From: Nemertoderma westbladi
Taxonomy: Eukaryota; Animalia; Xenacoelomorpha
Assembly: GCA_032718475.1 (NCBI GenBank)
Contig: JAUCBJ010000284.1
Coordinates: forward strand, 1-64,000
Reading direction: 5' to 3'
DNA: 64,000 nt
The position numbers were made by a program, and so were the translations under genes. Each line of letters begins with the position of its first letter. The first letter of the stretch is position 1. Under the pieces are notes generated by a model that was given only the letters and a program-made list of their open reading frames with translations, ran no database searches and was not told the origin of the DNA. Positions 24,546 through 35,815 of this stretch are shown one piece after another.

Positions 24546-27500
24546 ATGTCTAAATCATTGAATCAAAGTGTGGCACGAAAGTTAAAACATTATTTGGAAC
24601 TACGACGTTTAGAACAAGGTTTTGACTTGTCTGGTCCTGACCAGCCTAAAATGAACAGAATAAAACCAATGCGACTCATCGGATCTCACTGTGCCATCCA
24701 TGACCGATCACTAAAACACTACTATAAGTCTCCAGAAATTCGCCAACATTTAACACAACTTAATGTTGACGATTACGACCTAATAAGCAATAAATCAAGA
24801 TCAGCGAACACTTTCAACTTATTAAAAGGTTTATCTAAACACAGAATGCCACGTCAAAAAATCCTGAAATCTAGAAGTGCGACAATAGCAAAGAGGGATA
24901 AATATGATTTAAAAGTAACTTCGATAACTGGAAGTTCAATGGGATATAAAGGAGATAATGAATTAGGTAGTAGTCGGTCTGCATCCAGTGAATGTACCAG
25001 GGAGAAGCGACCAGCCGCATCAAAATGGGAGAAAGAACTGGAAAACACCCAAGCCCAAGTTGAGACTTACATGGCTAATGCAGAGTTCGTCGGACCGTTT
25101 GACTCCAGGCGAATGGGTTCCCTTCCACGATCAGAAGCATACAAGTCGCATTTTAATAGACCCGAGAAAGAGGCTGCCTATAGCAGAGGTCAACAAATCT
25201 TGAGACAGCAACCACCGGTTGGAATAAGCAAAGGAGAGATGGTTCGCCTTGTAGAAGATGCCTGTAAGTTGTTAGTAGTTACTAAAAGAAAGATAATAAA
25301 AGATAGGCAAAAGTCCAAAAAAGAGATTAAACAATCTAAACGTTTGCAACAATCCAAGATAAAGCCTATATTAGTTGTCGGACAAAAGTCAGATCGAGAG
25401 CCAAAGCATGTGTCAACCGACCTAGTTCCAGAAGATCCGCAGCTTAGAGTGCCAGAGAAGGGCGATTTAGATGACGAAGCTACCAGAGAAGAGAGTTCTC
25501 GGAATGAAGAAGGCGTGGAAGATAATGATGAAAAAACTGAAAGGAGCTGCAGTAGATCTTCTAATAGATCCTCTAGCTGTGATGAAACCGAAAGCAACAG
25601 AAGTTTGGGTAGAGCTTCTGATATTTCTGAAGCATCGTACATGGATGAATCTGGGTGTGCAGCAAATATAACGCAATCGCAGGTATCGAAAAGTAGCAGT
25701 AGCTCAATATTCAATTCAAAAAGAGACTTGGCTATAATAGTTGAGAATAACACAACTATCAGTACACCACTCCACGATGCCTGTAAATTAGGAAATCTTA
25801 AAGATGTTAAACAATTGATAAGAAGCGATCCAGATATGGTAAACGCGTGCGATTACCGCGGATGGACACCGCTACATGTAGCCGCGTTCGTCGGAAACGC
25901 TTATGTAATCAACGCGTTGAGGTTAGGAGGGGCCACAATCGTCGCGGAGAAAGATACTGGCTACCTCCCTCTACATAGAGCCACTATAAACGGAAACGTA
26001 TCCGTGATGAAGATTCTTATTGACATGGGAAATGATGTAAATTATCAGTCACTCGAGGGGTTCACGCCATTGCATATCGCGGCGATGACGGGAAATTCAG
26101 ATGCCAGTGAATGTTTGTTATTACATGGTGGCAGTTTAACGGCGCGGGATAGGCATTCACGTACTACAATGGACTTAGCAATAGTGCACAACAAGGATAA
26201 TGTGGTAACCCTGCTCAAAGATGTTGAAACACGTGTTGCAAATGGTGAAGCTATAATGGATATATTTGACATTTCCAAATACGAGATAATTAATGATGCG
26301 ATGGAAATGTCTTCTTGCAGCAATAATACTGTAAATAATGAATTCGATCCTGTGAAAGAAGATTGTGATCAAGTCCACTTGGATGAGGAACCAATTGGTG
26401 GTGTAAATCTTGTAGATGTTCCTCCCGAAAACTTACAGGGTTCAGAAAGCAGCAAACTATCGCAGATTTCATTTGGAAGAAAAGATAACACATCCCAGTC
26501 ACGTGTTTCACTGAAAACCAGTAAAGTTACTGCAGCTGCAAAGGATGAAGATAACACATCCCAGTCACGAGATTCACTAAAAACCAGTAAAGTTTCTGCA
26601 GCTGCAAAGGATGAAGATAACACATCCCAGTCACGAGATTCACTAAAAACCAGTAAAGTTTCTGCAGCTGCAAAGGATGAAGATAACACATCCCAGTCAC
26701 GTGTTTCACTAAAAACAAGTAAAGTTTCTGCAGCTGCAAAGGATGAAGATAACACATCCCAGTCACGAGTTTCATTAAAAACCAGTAAAGTTTCTGCAGC
26801 TGCAAAGGATGAAGAAGAAGATAACACATCGCAGTCACGTGTTTCACTAAAAACCAGTAAAGTTTCAGAAACTGCAAATGACGAATATAAACTATCACAG
26901 TCACAAGTTAATGTTTCATTAAAAACCAGTGAAGTTTCTGCAGCTGCAAAGGATGAAGATAACACATTGCAGTCACGTGTTTCACTAAAAGCCAGTAAAG
27001 TTTCAGAAACTGCAAATGACAAATATAAACTATCACAGTCACAAGTTAATGTTTCATTAAAAACAAGTAAAGTTTCTGCAGCTGCAAAGGATGAAGATAA
27101 CACACCTCAGTCATGTGTTTCACTAAAAACCAGTAAAGTTTCTGCAGCTGCAAATGATGAAGATAACACACCTCAGTCACGAGTTTCACTAAAAACCAGT
27201 AAAGTTTCTGCAGCTGCAAAGGATGAAGATAACACACCTCAGTCACGAGTTTCACTAAAAACAAGTAAAGTTTCTGCAGCTGCAAAGGATGACGATAACA
27301 CATCCCAGTCACGTGTTTCACTAAAAACCAGTAAAGTTTCTGCAGCTGCAAAGGATGACGATAACTCATCCCAGTCACGAGTTTCACTAAAAACCAGTAA
27401 AGTTTCTGCAGCTGCAAAGGATGAAGATAACACACCTCAGTCACGAGTTTCACTAAAAACCAGTAAATTTTCTGCAGCTGCAAAGGATGAAGATAACACA

Positions 27501-28853
27501 CCTCAGTCATGTGTTTCACTAAAAACCAGTAAAGTTTCTGCAGCTGCAAAAGATGCATCCCAGTCACGAGTTTCACTAAATACCAGTAAAGTTTCTACAG
27601 CTGCAAAGGATGAAGATAACACATCCCAGTCACGAGTTTCACTAAAAACCAGTAAAGTTTCTGCAGCTGCAAAGGATGAAGATAACACACCTCAGTCATG
27701 TGTTTCACTAAAAACCAGTAAAGTTTCTGCAGCTGCAAAGGATGCACCCCAGTCACGTGTTTCACTAAAAACCAGTAAAGTTTCTGAAGCTGCAAAGGAT
27801 GAAGATAACACATCCCAGTCACGAGTTTCACTAAAAACCAGTAAAGTTTCTGCAGCTGCAAAGGATGAAGATGACACATTCCAGTCACGAGTTTCACTAA
27901 AAACCAGTAAAGTTTCTGCAGCTGCAAAGGATGCATCCCAGTCACGAGTTTCACTAAAAACCAGTAAGGTTTCTACAGCTGCAAAGGATGAAGATAACAC
28001 ATCCCAGTCACGAGTTTCACTAAAAACCAGTAAAGTTTCTGCACCTGCAAAGGATGAAGATAACACACCTCAGTCATGTGTTTCACTAAAAACCAGTAAA
28101 GTTTCTGCAGCTGCAAAGGATGCACCCCAGTCACGTGTTTCACTAAAAACCAGTAAAGTTTCTGCAGCTGCAAAGGATGAAGATAACACATCCCAGTCAC
28201 GAGTTTCACTAAAAACCAGTAAAGTTTCTGCAGCTGCAAAGGATGAAGATAACACATCCCAGTCACGAGATTCACTAAAAACCAGTAAAGTTTATGCAGC
28301 TGCAAAGGATGAAGATAACACATCCCAGTCACGAGTTTCACTAAAAACCAGTAAAGTTTCTGCAGCTGCAAATGATGAAGATAACACATCCCAGTCACGA
28401 GTTTCACTAAAAACCAGTAAAGTTTCTGCAGCTGCAAAGGATGAAGATAACACATCCCAGTCACGAGTTTCACTAAAAACCAGTAAAGTTTCTGCAGCTG
28501 CAAAAGATGAAGATAACACATCCCAGTCACGAGATTCACTAAAAACCAGTAAAGTTTATGCAGCTGCAAAGGATGAAGATAACACATCCCAGTCACGTGT
28601 TTCACTAAAAACCAGTAAAGTTTCTGCAGCTGCAAAGGATGACGATAACACATCCCAGTCGCGAGATTCACTAAAAACCAGTAAAGTTTCTGCAGCTGCA
28701 AAAGATGAGACAAAAGTTTCACTAAAAGACAGTAACCTTTCAGCAGCTGCAGAGGAAGACGATAACATATCGGAGACAAGAACTTCACCAAAACCCAGTA
28801 AATTTATGGAACTCTTTCGACTTTTGTCGGAAGACCAAGAGGAAGAAAAATAA
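24546..28853 (+). CDS. Ankyrin-repeat protein (~5 ANK) with a long 22-aa Ser/Lys/Asp-rich tandem-repeat tail; single exon
   Basis: 1435-aa ORF with ATG; TPLHDAC, GWTPLHVAA, GYLPLHRA, GFTPLHIAA, RTTMDLA; repeat SQSRVSLKTSKVSAAAKDEDNT. Confidence 0.9.
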   Translation: MSKSLNQSVARKLKHYLELRRLEQGFDLSGPDQPKMNRIKPMRLIGSHCAIHDRSLKHYYKSPEIRQHLTQLNVDDYDLISNKSRSANTFNLLKGLSKHRMPRQKILKSRSATIAKRDKYDLKVTSITGSSMGYKGDNELGSSRSASSECTREKRPAASKWEKELENTQAQVETYMANAEFVGPFDSRRMGSLPRSEAYKSHFNRPEKEAAYSRGQQILRQQPPVGISKGEMVRLVEDACKLLVVTKRKIIKDRQKSKKEIKQSKRLQQSKIKPILVVGQKSDREPKHVSTDLVPEDPQLRVPEKGDLDDEATREESSRNEEGVEDNDEKTERSCSRSSNRSSSCDETESNRSLGRASDISEASYMDESGCAANITQSQVSKSSSSSIFNSKRDLAIIVENNTTISTPLHDACKLGNLKDVKQLIRSDPDMVNACDYRGWTPLHVAAFVGNAYVINALRLGGATIVAEKDTGYLPLHRATINGNVSVMKILIDMGNDVNYQSLEGFTPLHIAAMTGNSDASECLLLHGGSLTARDRHSRTTMDLAIVHNKDNVVTLLKDVETRVANGEAIMDIFDISKYEIINDAMEMSSCSNNTVNNEFDPVKEDCDQVHLDEEPIGGVNLVDVPPENLQGSESSKLSQISFGRKDNTSQSRVSLKTSKVTAAAKDEDNTSQSRDSLKTSKVSAAAKDEDNTSQSRDSLKTSKVSAAAKDEDNTSQSRVSLKTSKVSAAAKDEDNTSQSRVSLKTSKVSAAAKDEEEDNTSQSRVSLKTSKVSETANDEYKLSQSQVNVSLKTSEVSAAAKDEDNTLQSRVSLKASKVSETANDKYKLSQSQVNVSLKTSKVSAAAKDEDNTPQSCVSLKTSKVSAAANDEDNTPQSRVSLKTSKVSAAAKDEDNTPQSRVSLKTSKVSAAAKDDDNTSQSRVSLKTSKVSAAAKDDDNSSQSRVSLKTSKVSAAAKDEDNTPQSRVSLKTSKFSAAAKDEDNTPQSCVSLKTSKVSAAAKDASQSRVSLNTSKVSTAAKDEDNTSQSRVSLKTSKVSAAAKDEDNTPQSCVSLKTSKVSAAAKDAPQSRVSLKTSKVSEAAKDEDNTSQSRVSLKTSKVSAAAKDEDDTFQSRVSLKTSKVSAAAKDASQSRVSLKTSKVSTAAKDEDNTSQSRVSLKTSKVSAPAKDEDNTPQSCVSLKTSKVSAAAKDAPQSRVSLKTSKVSAAAKDEDNTSQSRVSLKTSKVSAAAKDEDNTSQSRDSLKTSKVYAAAKDEDNTSQSRVSLKTSKVSAAANDEDNTSQSRVSLKTSKVSAAAKDEDNTSQSRVSLKTSKVSAAAKDEDNTSQSRDSLKTSKVYAAAKDEDNTSQSRVSLKTSKVSAAAKDDDNTSQSRDSLKTSKVSAAAKDETKVSLKDSNLSAAAEEDDNISETRTSPKPSKFMELFRLLSEDQEEEK
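26484..28710 (+). repeat. Coding 66-bp minisatellite, ~34 units
   Basis: GATAACACATCCCAGTCACGAGTTTCACTAAAAACCAGTAAAGTTTCTGCAGCTGCAAAGGATGAA; 54-bp and 72-bp variants keep frame. Confidence 0.95.
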
Positions 28854-29214
28854 ATGTAAATGTAGAAAAAAATCCCATTCCTTCAATTATTGTTTCCGTT
28901 TAGTGTTAGTTTTGTATAATTTATTTTACCATAAATATTAAATACAATTTTGCTATTCCTATTAGCTAATTTTTTAGCTAATTTTATATTAATTGGATAT
29001 TACATAAGCACAACAGATAACATAAAGAAACAATTTCTAAAACCATCAAAATGGAAGGGAAATGTATCAAACTGGGTTGGAGGGATATTAAAATAACGAA
29101 AAGAAAATTGTTATGCTACATAGAATAATGTTGGTTGAGCTTGTGGTGGAATGGCCGATCGATACCATTTTTAGGATTTCCCAAAATACAAATCTCTTTA
29201 TATTGGGTAAATAA

Positions 29215-30216
29215 GGGGCCATCCATAAATGACGTCACGTTTTTTATAGACATTTTTGACCCCCCCCCCCCCCTTTCGTCACAAATCGTCACGAAATGGC
29301 TACCCCCCCCCCCCTCCCCTATGTCACGGCACACTATATAAAATTAAATTATTACTCTTATATTATTAGAACAATAAATCTGGAATAAATTTGTCAACTA
29401 TAAACTATAGATATAAACTAATATTACAAATTACAGTAATACGAGTTTTTCAGACATGCTCCCATGGGCACTGCAGGTGGTCTGTCATGGTTATAATGGC
29501 CATTGGTGGGACATCAGCTACTGGGTATGTGTTCGCAGGGGATCGGCCTCCTCTTTGCAGGACATTGCTTTCGCCGTGAGGACCAGCCAGTGCATAATCT
29601 TGTACTTTGGCGGCCTCATGGAGTGTATAAGCATGGTGGACAGCCCATGACTTTCTTGAGACGCATTTTAAAGGACACTGGACTTGAAGATGCGGATGAT
29701 CTAGCAAATGTCATGGGTGATAGGGAGTTGTGGCGGCGCAATTTTGTCGACAAGCCGGCACAGCATTCTTAAAAATGCAGCTGCAATGCAGCATGCCGAT
29801 CCTAGTAGTAGTCGCAGGGGATTGATAATCAAAACGGGTTTTGGAACTACCGCTACCATGAAGGGATGTAAGATTTTTAGTAAAAATTTCGATGCAAAGT
29901 AAAGATGACATTCTTTACAAACACGCTCTCTAATTTTACCAATTATGGAAGGGCAGTAGAGGTCGTAAGGTAAGATTTTAATGGTTATCATTGGAAGAGG
30001 TAATAGTTTAATAGTAAACACGTTAATAGTAGACACGTTTAATAGTATACATACACGTATGTATTTAATATATATACAGTAATTTTATCGGAAACTTATA
30101 ATGTGACGTCACGATATTGCGGACACCCCCCCCCCCCCCCTCGTCACAAATCGTCACGAAATACCAAACCCCCCCCCCCCCCCCTGTCCAGCGTGACGTC
30201 ATTTATGGATGGCCCC
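29215..30216. mobile_element. PIF/Harbinger-type MITE containing an RTE fragment
   Basis: TIR GGGGCCATCCATAAATGACGTCACG / CGTGACGTCATTTATGGATGGCCCC; TAA on both sides; internal repeated TCGTCACAAATCGTCACGAAAT. Confidence 0.85.
29552..29812 (+). mobile_element. RTE 3' fragment with (TAG)n tail
   Basis: FAGHCFRREDQPVH...KPAQHS*, then AAAATGCAGCTGCAATGCAGCATGCCGATCCTAGTAGTAGT. Confidence 0.92.
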
Positions 30217-31556
30217 TAAGTAAAATAATTAATTCTTTACAGATAATATATTAATTTTAAGTTATAAGTGTAATATGGCATGTTTTAAAGTTTACATTAC
30301 TTTAGCGATATGTGTATATTAATATTATTGGTACCATCTATCTGTTAGCTTAATAATTAATATTATTTTACTTACTCTAAATTTCTACAAACCTAAAATA
30401 AAGGTTTAAATTTCTTTAATATTGCAGCATATATCTGTATTACACTTTGCATGGAAGTATAGTAAATAAATATCATTCGAAATTCTAATTAATGATGGCA
30501 ATCATATTACCTACTAATATCACACTAAACATTTACTCTAACTGCCATGCAATGTTCGGCGAAAAATTGGCAATAAATTTACCATAACTCTCCCCTCTTA
30601 GTATCTCAGCAGCATATTCTTCCTACATCTAATTCGCACCGGACGTGGAATAAATTATTTATTAATATTCTCCAAAATTTGTGTAATTGCAGATAAATGT
30701 GTACACTTTCTCTTTTAACAACATTTAGCAATGATCGGATATTCTTTCCATACTTAAGCAGTAAGCACTATGTACGTAAATATTAACTATATTGTACGTT
30801 AAATGGTTTCAGATAATGTACCGGTACGGTATATTAAATGACTTAGCCGATTTAGTGAAGGGTGACAATATCACATGTCCGTCCATGGCCAATTAATATT
30901 AGATATAATTATATTATATTATGTGTTTCCGGGTTTTACTATGGGCGTTGCTGTCTCGATTAGATAGAGAATAAAATTAAAAAAAAGTGCCAAAACAAAA
31001 GGCTTAGAAAATATAGGAATACATTCTTTCTATCAACATCAACGGCAATAAAAAATTCATCTCGAAAATCGTTTCTATTGCAATATTTTGCCTCCCAATC
31101 TTTGGACGCCAATTAAAAGTTGCCGATATTGTAACCACAGTAACCAGAACTACAACTAGTCAACTTTAGCCGTCAGTTTAATCACTTGGCTGATTTAAAT
31201 ATTAAATAATAATATAAACTTATCCGCCAACCGCCACCAAACTATTATAAAGTAGAATGAAAACATTTATAACCGAGTGCTCTGGTATGAGGAGAGGATA
31301 GGTGATTGCCGATGCCTTTACTGTTATTTACCCCCATTTTATCTTATCCTTCGGTATTTTAATTATTTAGAAATACAAATGTGTTGCAATAATATAGTGT
31401 GTATATCAATTACGGTGCTGTATAATAATGGTTTACAACCTCATATTACATATTAGTGACATGGAGAACTCTTTAATAGTCACTTTATTCGGCCTTAACG
31501 GACTCCCTAAATGGGAAACAAAATAATCATTATCTAATTAGTCATTAAACCCTAAA

Positions 31557-34079
31557 TCACATGTTTGTTTGTAAGAAGTCGAGAGTGGTAGCCTCGTAAT
31601 GTTCGTTGGCCTCGGGTTGACGCAGACCGTGACGTTCCCTCGGGTAGACCTGTAGAGTATAGGGCTTACAGGAGTCTACGAGCGCGGAGACCAGCTGACT
31701 AGTGTGCCGGAAATGGACGTTCTCGTCCTGCAACCCGTGGACTAGAAGCAACCGGCCCGGCTCGTTGGGGAAGTCCGCGACGTAACTGAGCACGTTGGCG
31801 GACTTGTAGACCCTGGGGTTGCTTCGGGGGTCCCCTAGGTAGCGCTCGGTGTAGGCGGTGTCGTAGTCGCGCCACGATACCACGGGCGCGGCCGCCACAG
31901 CCACGCGGAACGCGTCGCCATGCTGCGCCAAGGCCATCAGCGCGAGATACCCTCCGTAGGACCAGCCCATAACGGCTACGCGTCCGAGATCCAATGTACC
32001 CAACGCCCCGGACAGATGCGCCAAGGCGGACAGCTGGTCGCCCATCTCCACGGTGCCCATGCGATCCTTCAACCGCGACTCAAAGTCCAACCCCCGACCG
32101 CTGCTACCCCGCCCGTCGACCACGACCACGAGGTAACCCAGCGACGCCAACGTCTGCAGTCGGTTGTACCGCAACCCTTTGTAGCTGTTGGTTACCAACT
32201 GGACGTGAGGACCTCCGTATACGTAGAGGACCACGGGGTACTTGTAGCGCGGGTCGTAGTCGTACGGGAGGTAGTACATCCCGTAGATAGTCGTGGGAGG
32301 GACGTCCTCGTCGTCGGGGGGGAGGGGGAAGCTGAACATGGTAGGGGAGTAGTGGGAGTCGAGAGGAGCCGGGATCGAGTGTTTAACGAACCCGAGAGGC
32401 TCGGGAGGGATTCCGGGGGAATCCAGAAGGGAATCCAGGGAGTGGACGGTGACCTCCGCGGGTTTATCTAACCGAGAGGAGGTTAGTACGACAATGCGGG
32501 ATTCTACGCTTACTGTTACAGCGTGGGAGGCGTTCGCAGGAGTCAATCTACGGGGGTTGGAGGCGGGTTGTGAGTCGTCGGGGGGGTATTCCGTCGCGTA
32601 GAGGTGCTGCTCCAACGGTGTGTCCGCGGTGGCGACGAAGAGCAGCAGACCGCGTCTGGGGTCCGGCCAGACGCCGTCGCAGACCTCCCAGGGGCCGGCG
32701 GTGAGCTGTCGGGAGCGCAGCACCGCCGGGGTGCGTGACGCCTCCAGCGGGTGCGAGAGGGACGAGGTGATCGCGTAGACGTGTCGATAGCCGGAGGTCT
32801 GGGAGGCCCAGAGGAAGGAGATGGAGTCCGGGGGGTCAGAGGGGGTCGGGGGGAGGAAGAGGAGGAGGTCGGAGACGTTGATATAATGGGGGGAGTGTTC
32901 CTCGTATACAATGCAGGGGACGAGGGTGGGTGAGGGGGCGGTCTCCCCGCTAGATGGCGTGTCGTCCGGCACGAAGTACTCCGGCGGGATCAGCACCAGG
33001 GCCAGCCTCCGCTGGGCCCGGTCCATCAACTGGAGCCAGACGAACCGGCCACACGGCGTCCAGTCGGCCCGCACGAGGTACTCGAACCACGGGAACAGCT
33101 CGGAGAGTTCGCGACGCGGTCGCAGACGTCGCAACGAGCCCCGCGGGTCCCTCGGAAGGAAGTCGACCAGACGGAGTTCACTCCGGGGGTTGGGGGACCC
33201 CGCGCGGGGGTACATGTAGGTCTCGTCGCCGATGGTCAGCGTGTCCACGCCGGACTCGTCGACTAGCTCGTAGAGGAGACGAACTCGCTCGTCCGTAGAC
33301 TTCGGTTGCCACCAGTTACCGGTGAACCTGTCGAACTCTTCCTGAACGACGAAACTCGGGACCCCGGCGAGTCGGTCTGCCGCCTCCGACAGACGCACCT
33401 CGTCGGGGTCCGACAACCCCGTCAACCACAACTGGTCGCCCCGGACGAAGGAGACAAAGGAAGGGTCGACGGGACAGAGTTTAACGTCGAGTCGACATCC
33501 TTTCTCTGCGGTTGGGATCGTGGTTACAGTTGGACCTTCATCGGACATACGACAGACGCAGAGCTGCGCGGACGCCGTGAATATAAACACAGAGCATTCC
33601 GGATTGCAGCTGTACGAGGTGATACCAACTGATCGCATCCGTTTCCGCTCTCGAAGAAGTTGCTCCTCTTTAGAGAAAGAAACCCCGCAATTTGGAATCG
33701 ATTCGACAACCGGGACCCATTCCAAAATATCCGAATCATCTGGGGTCACAGGAACGTCAACGTACTGCAGGGTCAATTCCCGTTGGTTTTGTAGGAAGTT
33801 GGACCAACCCAAGAAGAATATCCTGGAAGCGCCTTCGATGTGCGGGTGTTTACAGACGCTGAACGACTGGGGAACTCTTACAGACTCGGCATTCTGTTGT
33901 AGGTATTTATCGCGCACGACTTGGCGGAGTTCCTGCCACGTTCGCTTGGGGGGCACGAACGTTAGAGAGGCGCCTTCGTTCTGCTGGGACATCCCGTGGT
34001 TGGACAGGGGGAGGGAACCCTTGCCGTGTTCGTTGTCCCCCGTGGAAAATATTTTACCACCGTCGAAAAGTCTCTTCAT
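31557..34079 (-). CDS. DPP9: Dipeptidyl peptidase 8/9 (S9B), single exon
   Basis: KEEQLLRERKR, VQEEFDRFTG, YPRAG, VYGGPHVQLV, nucleophile GWSYGGY, YDTAYTERY, HGLQDENVHF, ERHG; no signal or TM segment. Cannot be assigned to DPP8 versus DPP9. Confidence 0.95.
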   Translation of the reverse strand: MKRLFDGGKIFSTGDNEHGKGSLPLSNHGMSQQNEGASLTFVPPKRTWQELRQVVRDKYLQQNAESVRVPQSFSVCKHPHIEGASRIFFLGWSNFLQNQRELTLQYVDVPVTPDDSDILEWVPVVESIPNCGVSFSKEEQLLRERKRMRSVGITSYSCNPECSVFIFTASAQLCVCRMSDEGPTVTTIPTAEKGCRLDVKLCPVDPSFVSFVRGDQLWLTGLSDPDEVRLSEAADRLAGVPSFVVQEEFDRFTGNWWQPKSTDERVRLLYELVDESGVDTLTIGDETYMYPRAGSPNPRSELRLVDFLPRDPRGSLRRLRPRRELSELFPWFEYLVRADWTPCGRFVWLQLMDRAQRRLALVLIPPEYFVPDDTPSSGETAPSPTLVPCIVYEEHSPHYINVSDLLLFLPPTPSDPPDSISFLWASQTSGYRHVYAITSSLSHPLEASRTPAVLRSRQLTAGPWEVCDGVWPDPRRGLLLFVATADTPLEQHLYATEYPPDDSQPASNPRRLTPANASHAVTVSVESRIVVLTSSRLDKPAEVTVHSLDSLLDSPGIPPEPLGFVKHSIPAPLDSHYSPTMFSFPLPPDDEDVPPTTIYGMYYLPYDYDPRYKYPVVLYVYGGPHVQLVTNSYKGLRYNRLQTLASLGYLVVVVDGRGSSGRGLDFESRLKDRMGTVEMGDQLSALAHLSGALGTLDLGRVAVMGWSYGGYLALMALAQHGDAFRVAVAAAPVVSWRDYDTAYTERYLGDPRSNPRVYKSANVLSYVADFPNEPGRLLLVHGLQDENVHFRHTSQLVSALVDSCKPYTLQVYPRERHGLRQPEANEHYEATTLDFLQTNM

Positions 34080-34436
34080 TCCAGTTAGCAGTTACCGTAC
34101 CGGTAGTGCGGTATAGCGGTACCGGTAATACTGTAGTACAATTATTATAGTAGTCCTTGTTCTCAGTTGATGCACAATAATTAAATTGCAAAATAGACAG
34201 GCGTAATGGGCGTAGGCCCTGCCCTAGCCTATCTGCCTATTTCTGTATCTTTTAGGCAGATACCGGCAGATCGGTTCGGTATAGCGGTGTAGTCAATGAG
34301 TGAATATTGCTTGGCCTTCAATAAAGTAACCAGCTGAATACCAGACGAATAACGCATGCGGGAAATATTTTAACTGATTGGCCTACAAAATCATGTTGAA
34401 CACTATCTTAAAGGTGTACCTACAATCCATTCGGTT

Positions 34437-34663
34437 ATCATTCATATGCGTACCTGTGGCAAAAGAAGCAGGCTACAGTGGTGGTGTTTTCTAACCAAAA
34501 CAATAAACTAATCTCCATTACTTAATTAACGGAAAGGAGCAGGTTACAGTGGTGGGCTTTTCTAACCAAAACAATAAACAATATCTCAATAACATAGGGT
34601 ATTTCATACTTATAGTCTTATTTTTGCAATACGAAAATACCACAGGTACGGATATGAACTATA
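34437..34663. mobile_element. MITE-like element upstream of DPP8/9
   Basis: TTCATATGCGTACCTGTGG / CCACAGGTACGGATATGAA inverted ends; internal direct repeat ACAGTGGTGG..TTCTAACCAAAACAATAAAC, also seen reversed at ~2905-2940 and ~35405-35450. Confidence 0.55.
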
Positions 34664-35815
34664 ACTATCCATTCAATTATAACAAAAAACCGATCACTTT
34701 TGGCAAGCTGGGATGATATGGGATGACCTGGTGCTGCTGTGCTGTTGAGATGATAGTTTGAGTGACAAATAGACCGAAATGAACCTAATCTAGACGTAAT
34801 TATAATTATCTTAAATTACAGCGTTGATAGGATATCGTTATCGATGGTCGTATAACCGTAGTTCGCAATGTAGATAGCTACATACTGCATCTCCATAATC
34901 TTAGGGGATAAATGCCTATGGAAGATAAATTAGATTAATTTCGAATAACAACATATAGGCCTAAATTCCTAATGCATGGCATTCATTTATTATTGATTTT
35001 GTACTATTCGCGATTGTACTATTTTGTACTATTTTTCTAAATTCTATGTTTGCTTGCGATGGGGTTTTATTTCTGATTAATGTAGTGGTTTTATTCCTCA
35101 GGGGATTAATACTTTGGAGTGGTGGCTACTTTTACATAGAATTTCAGGGAATTGTAGGAAATTAACCTCCATTGGGTTCCCCTTTTGTGACTTGTTTTGC
35201 CACTTCCTCGGGTTAATTTGTCATTATAATGTTAGTTTGATAGCAGGCCTACATAATCGGTCTGTGTTGTTGGCATCCTTCAACAATAGCCATTCAAACA
35301 ATGCAATGTTAAATGTGAATTTTATCAACATCGTCATTATGAGGAATAGCCGACAACCACTGCCGACAACAGCAAAAATGAAAATGTAACCTGAGTTTGT
35401 GACTCTCGTTTATTGTTTTGGTTAGAATAACCTTACACTGTAACCTGTTCCTTTCCCTCAATTAATAATTAACATTAATAAGCTTTAATAATGGTTGTCG
35501 GTGTTGGTTGTCGGTTGTCGGCGTAGCGTTTACTCCCTACAGTACTTAGCGCACTTTTGAATAAGTTGCCCTGAACTCGCCTCTTGTCATCCAGAAGACG
35601 AGTGAAAGCGAGCCGAACGAGCCAAACAAGGAGAAACCGGGATGTTTTCGTTTCGGCGTTAATTCCTTAATGTGCAAAAACCTGTCGAAATCGCCGATGA
35701 AACACTTATTTACTTTTACTTTTGTTACTTTATATTTACTTTTGAACTTTTTTCAATTTTGTCATTTTATAGCTTTAATTGCATGTGTAGGGCCTACGTT
35801 ACATTTAACGATTAT

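Noticed and set aside
26045-28791. Many minus-strand ORFs
   Set aside because: Shadows of the 66-bp coding repeat and ankyrin ORF.
31920-34116. Overlapping ORFs across DPP8/9
   Set aside because: Expected in GC-rich coding DNA; no recognisable motifs.
35560-35705. Possible structured RNA or ribozyme
   Set aside because: Short stems only; no intact CTGANGA core or other recognisable motif.
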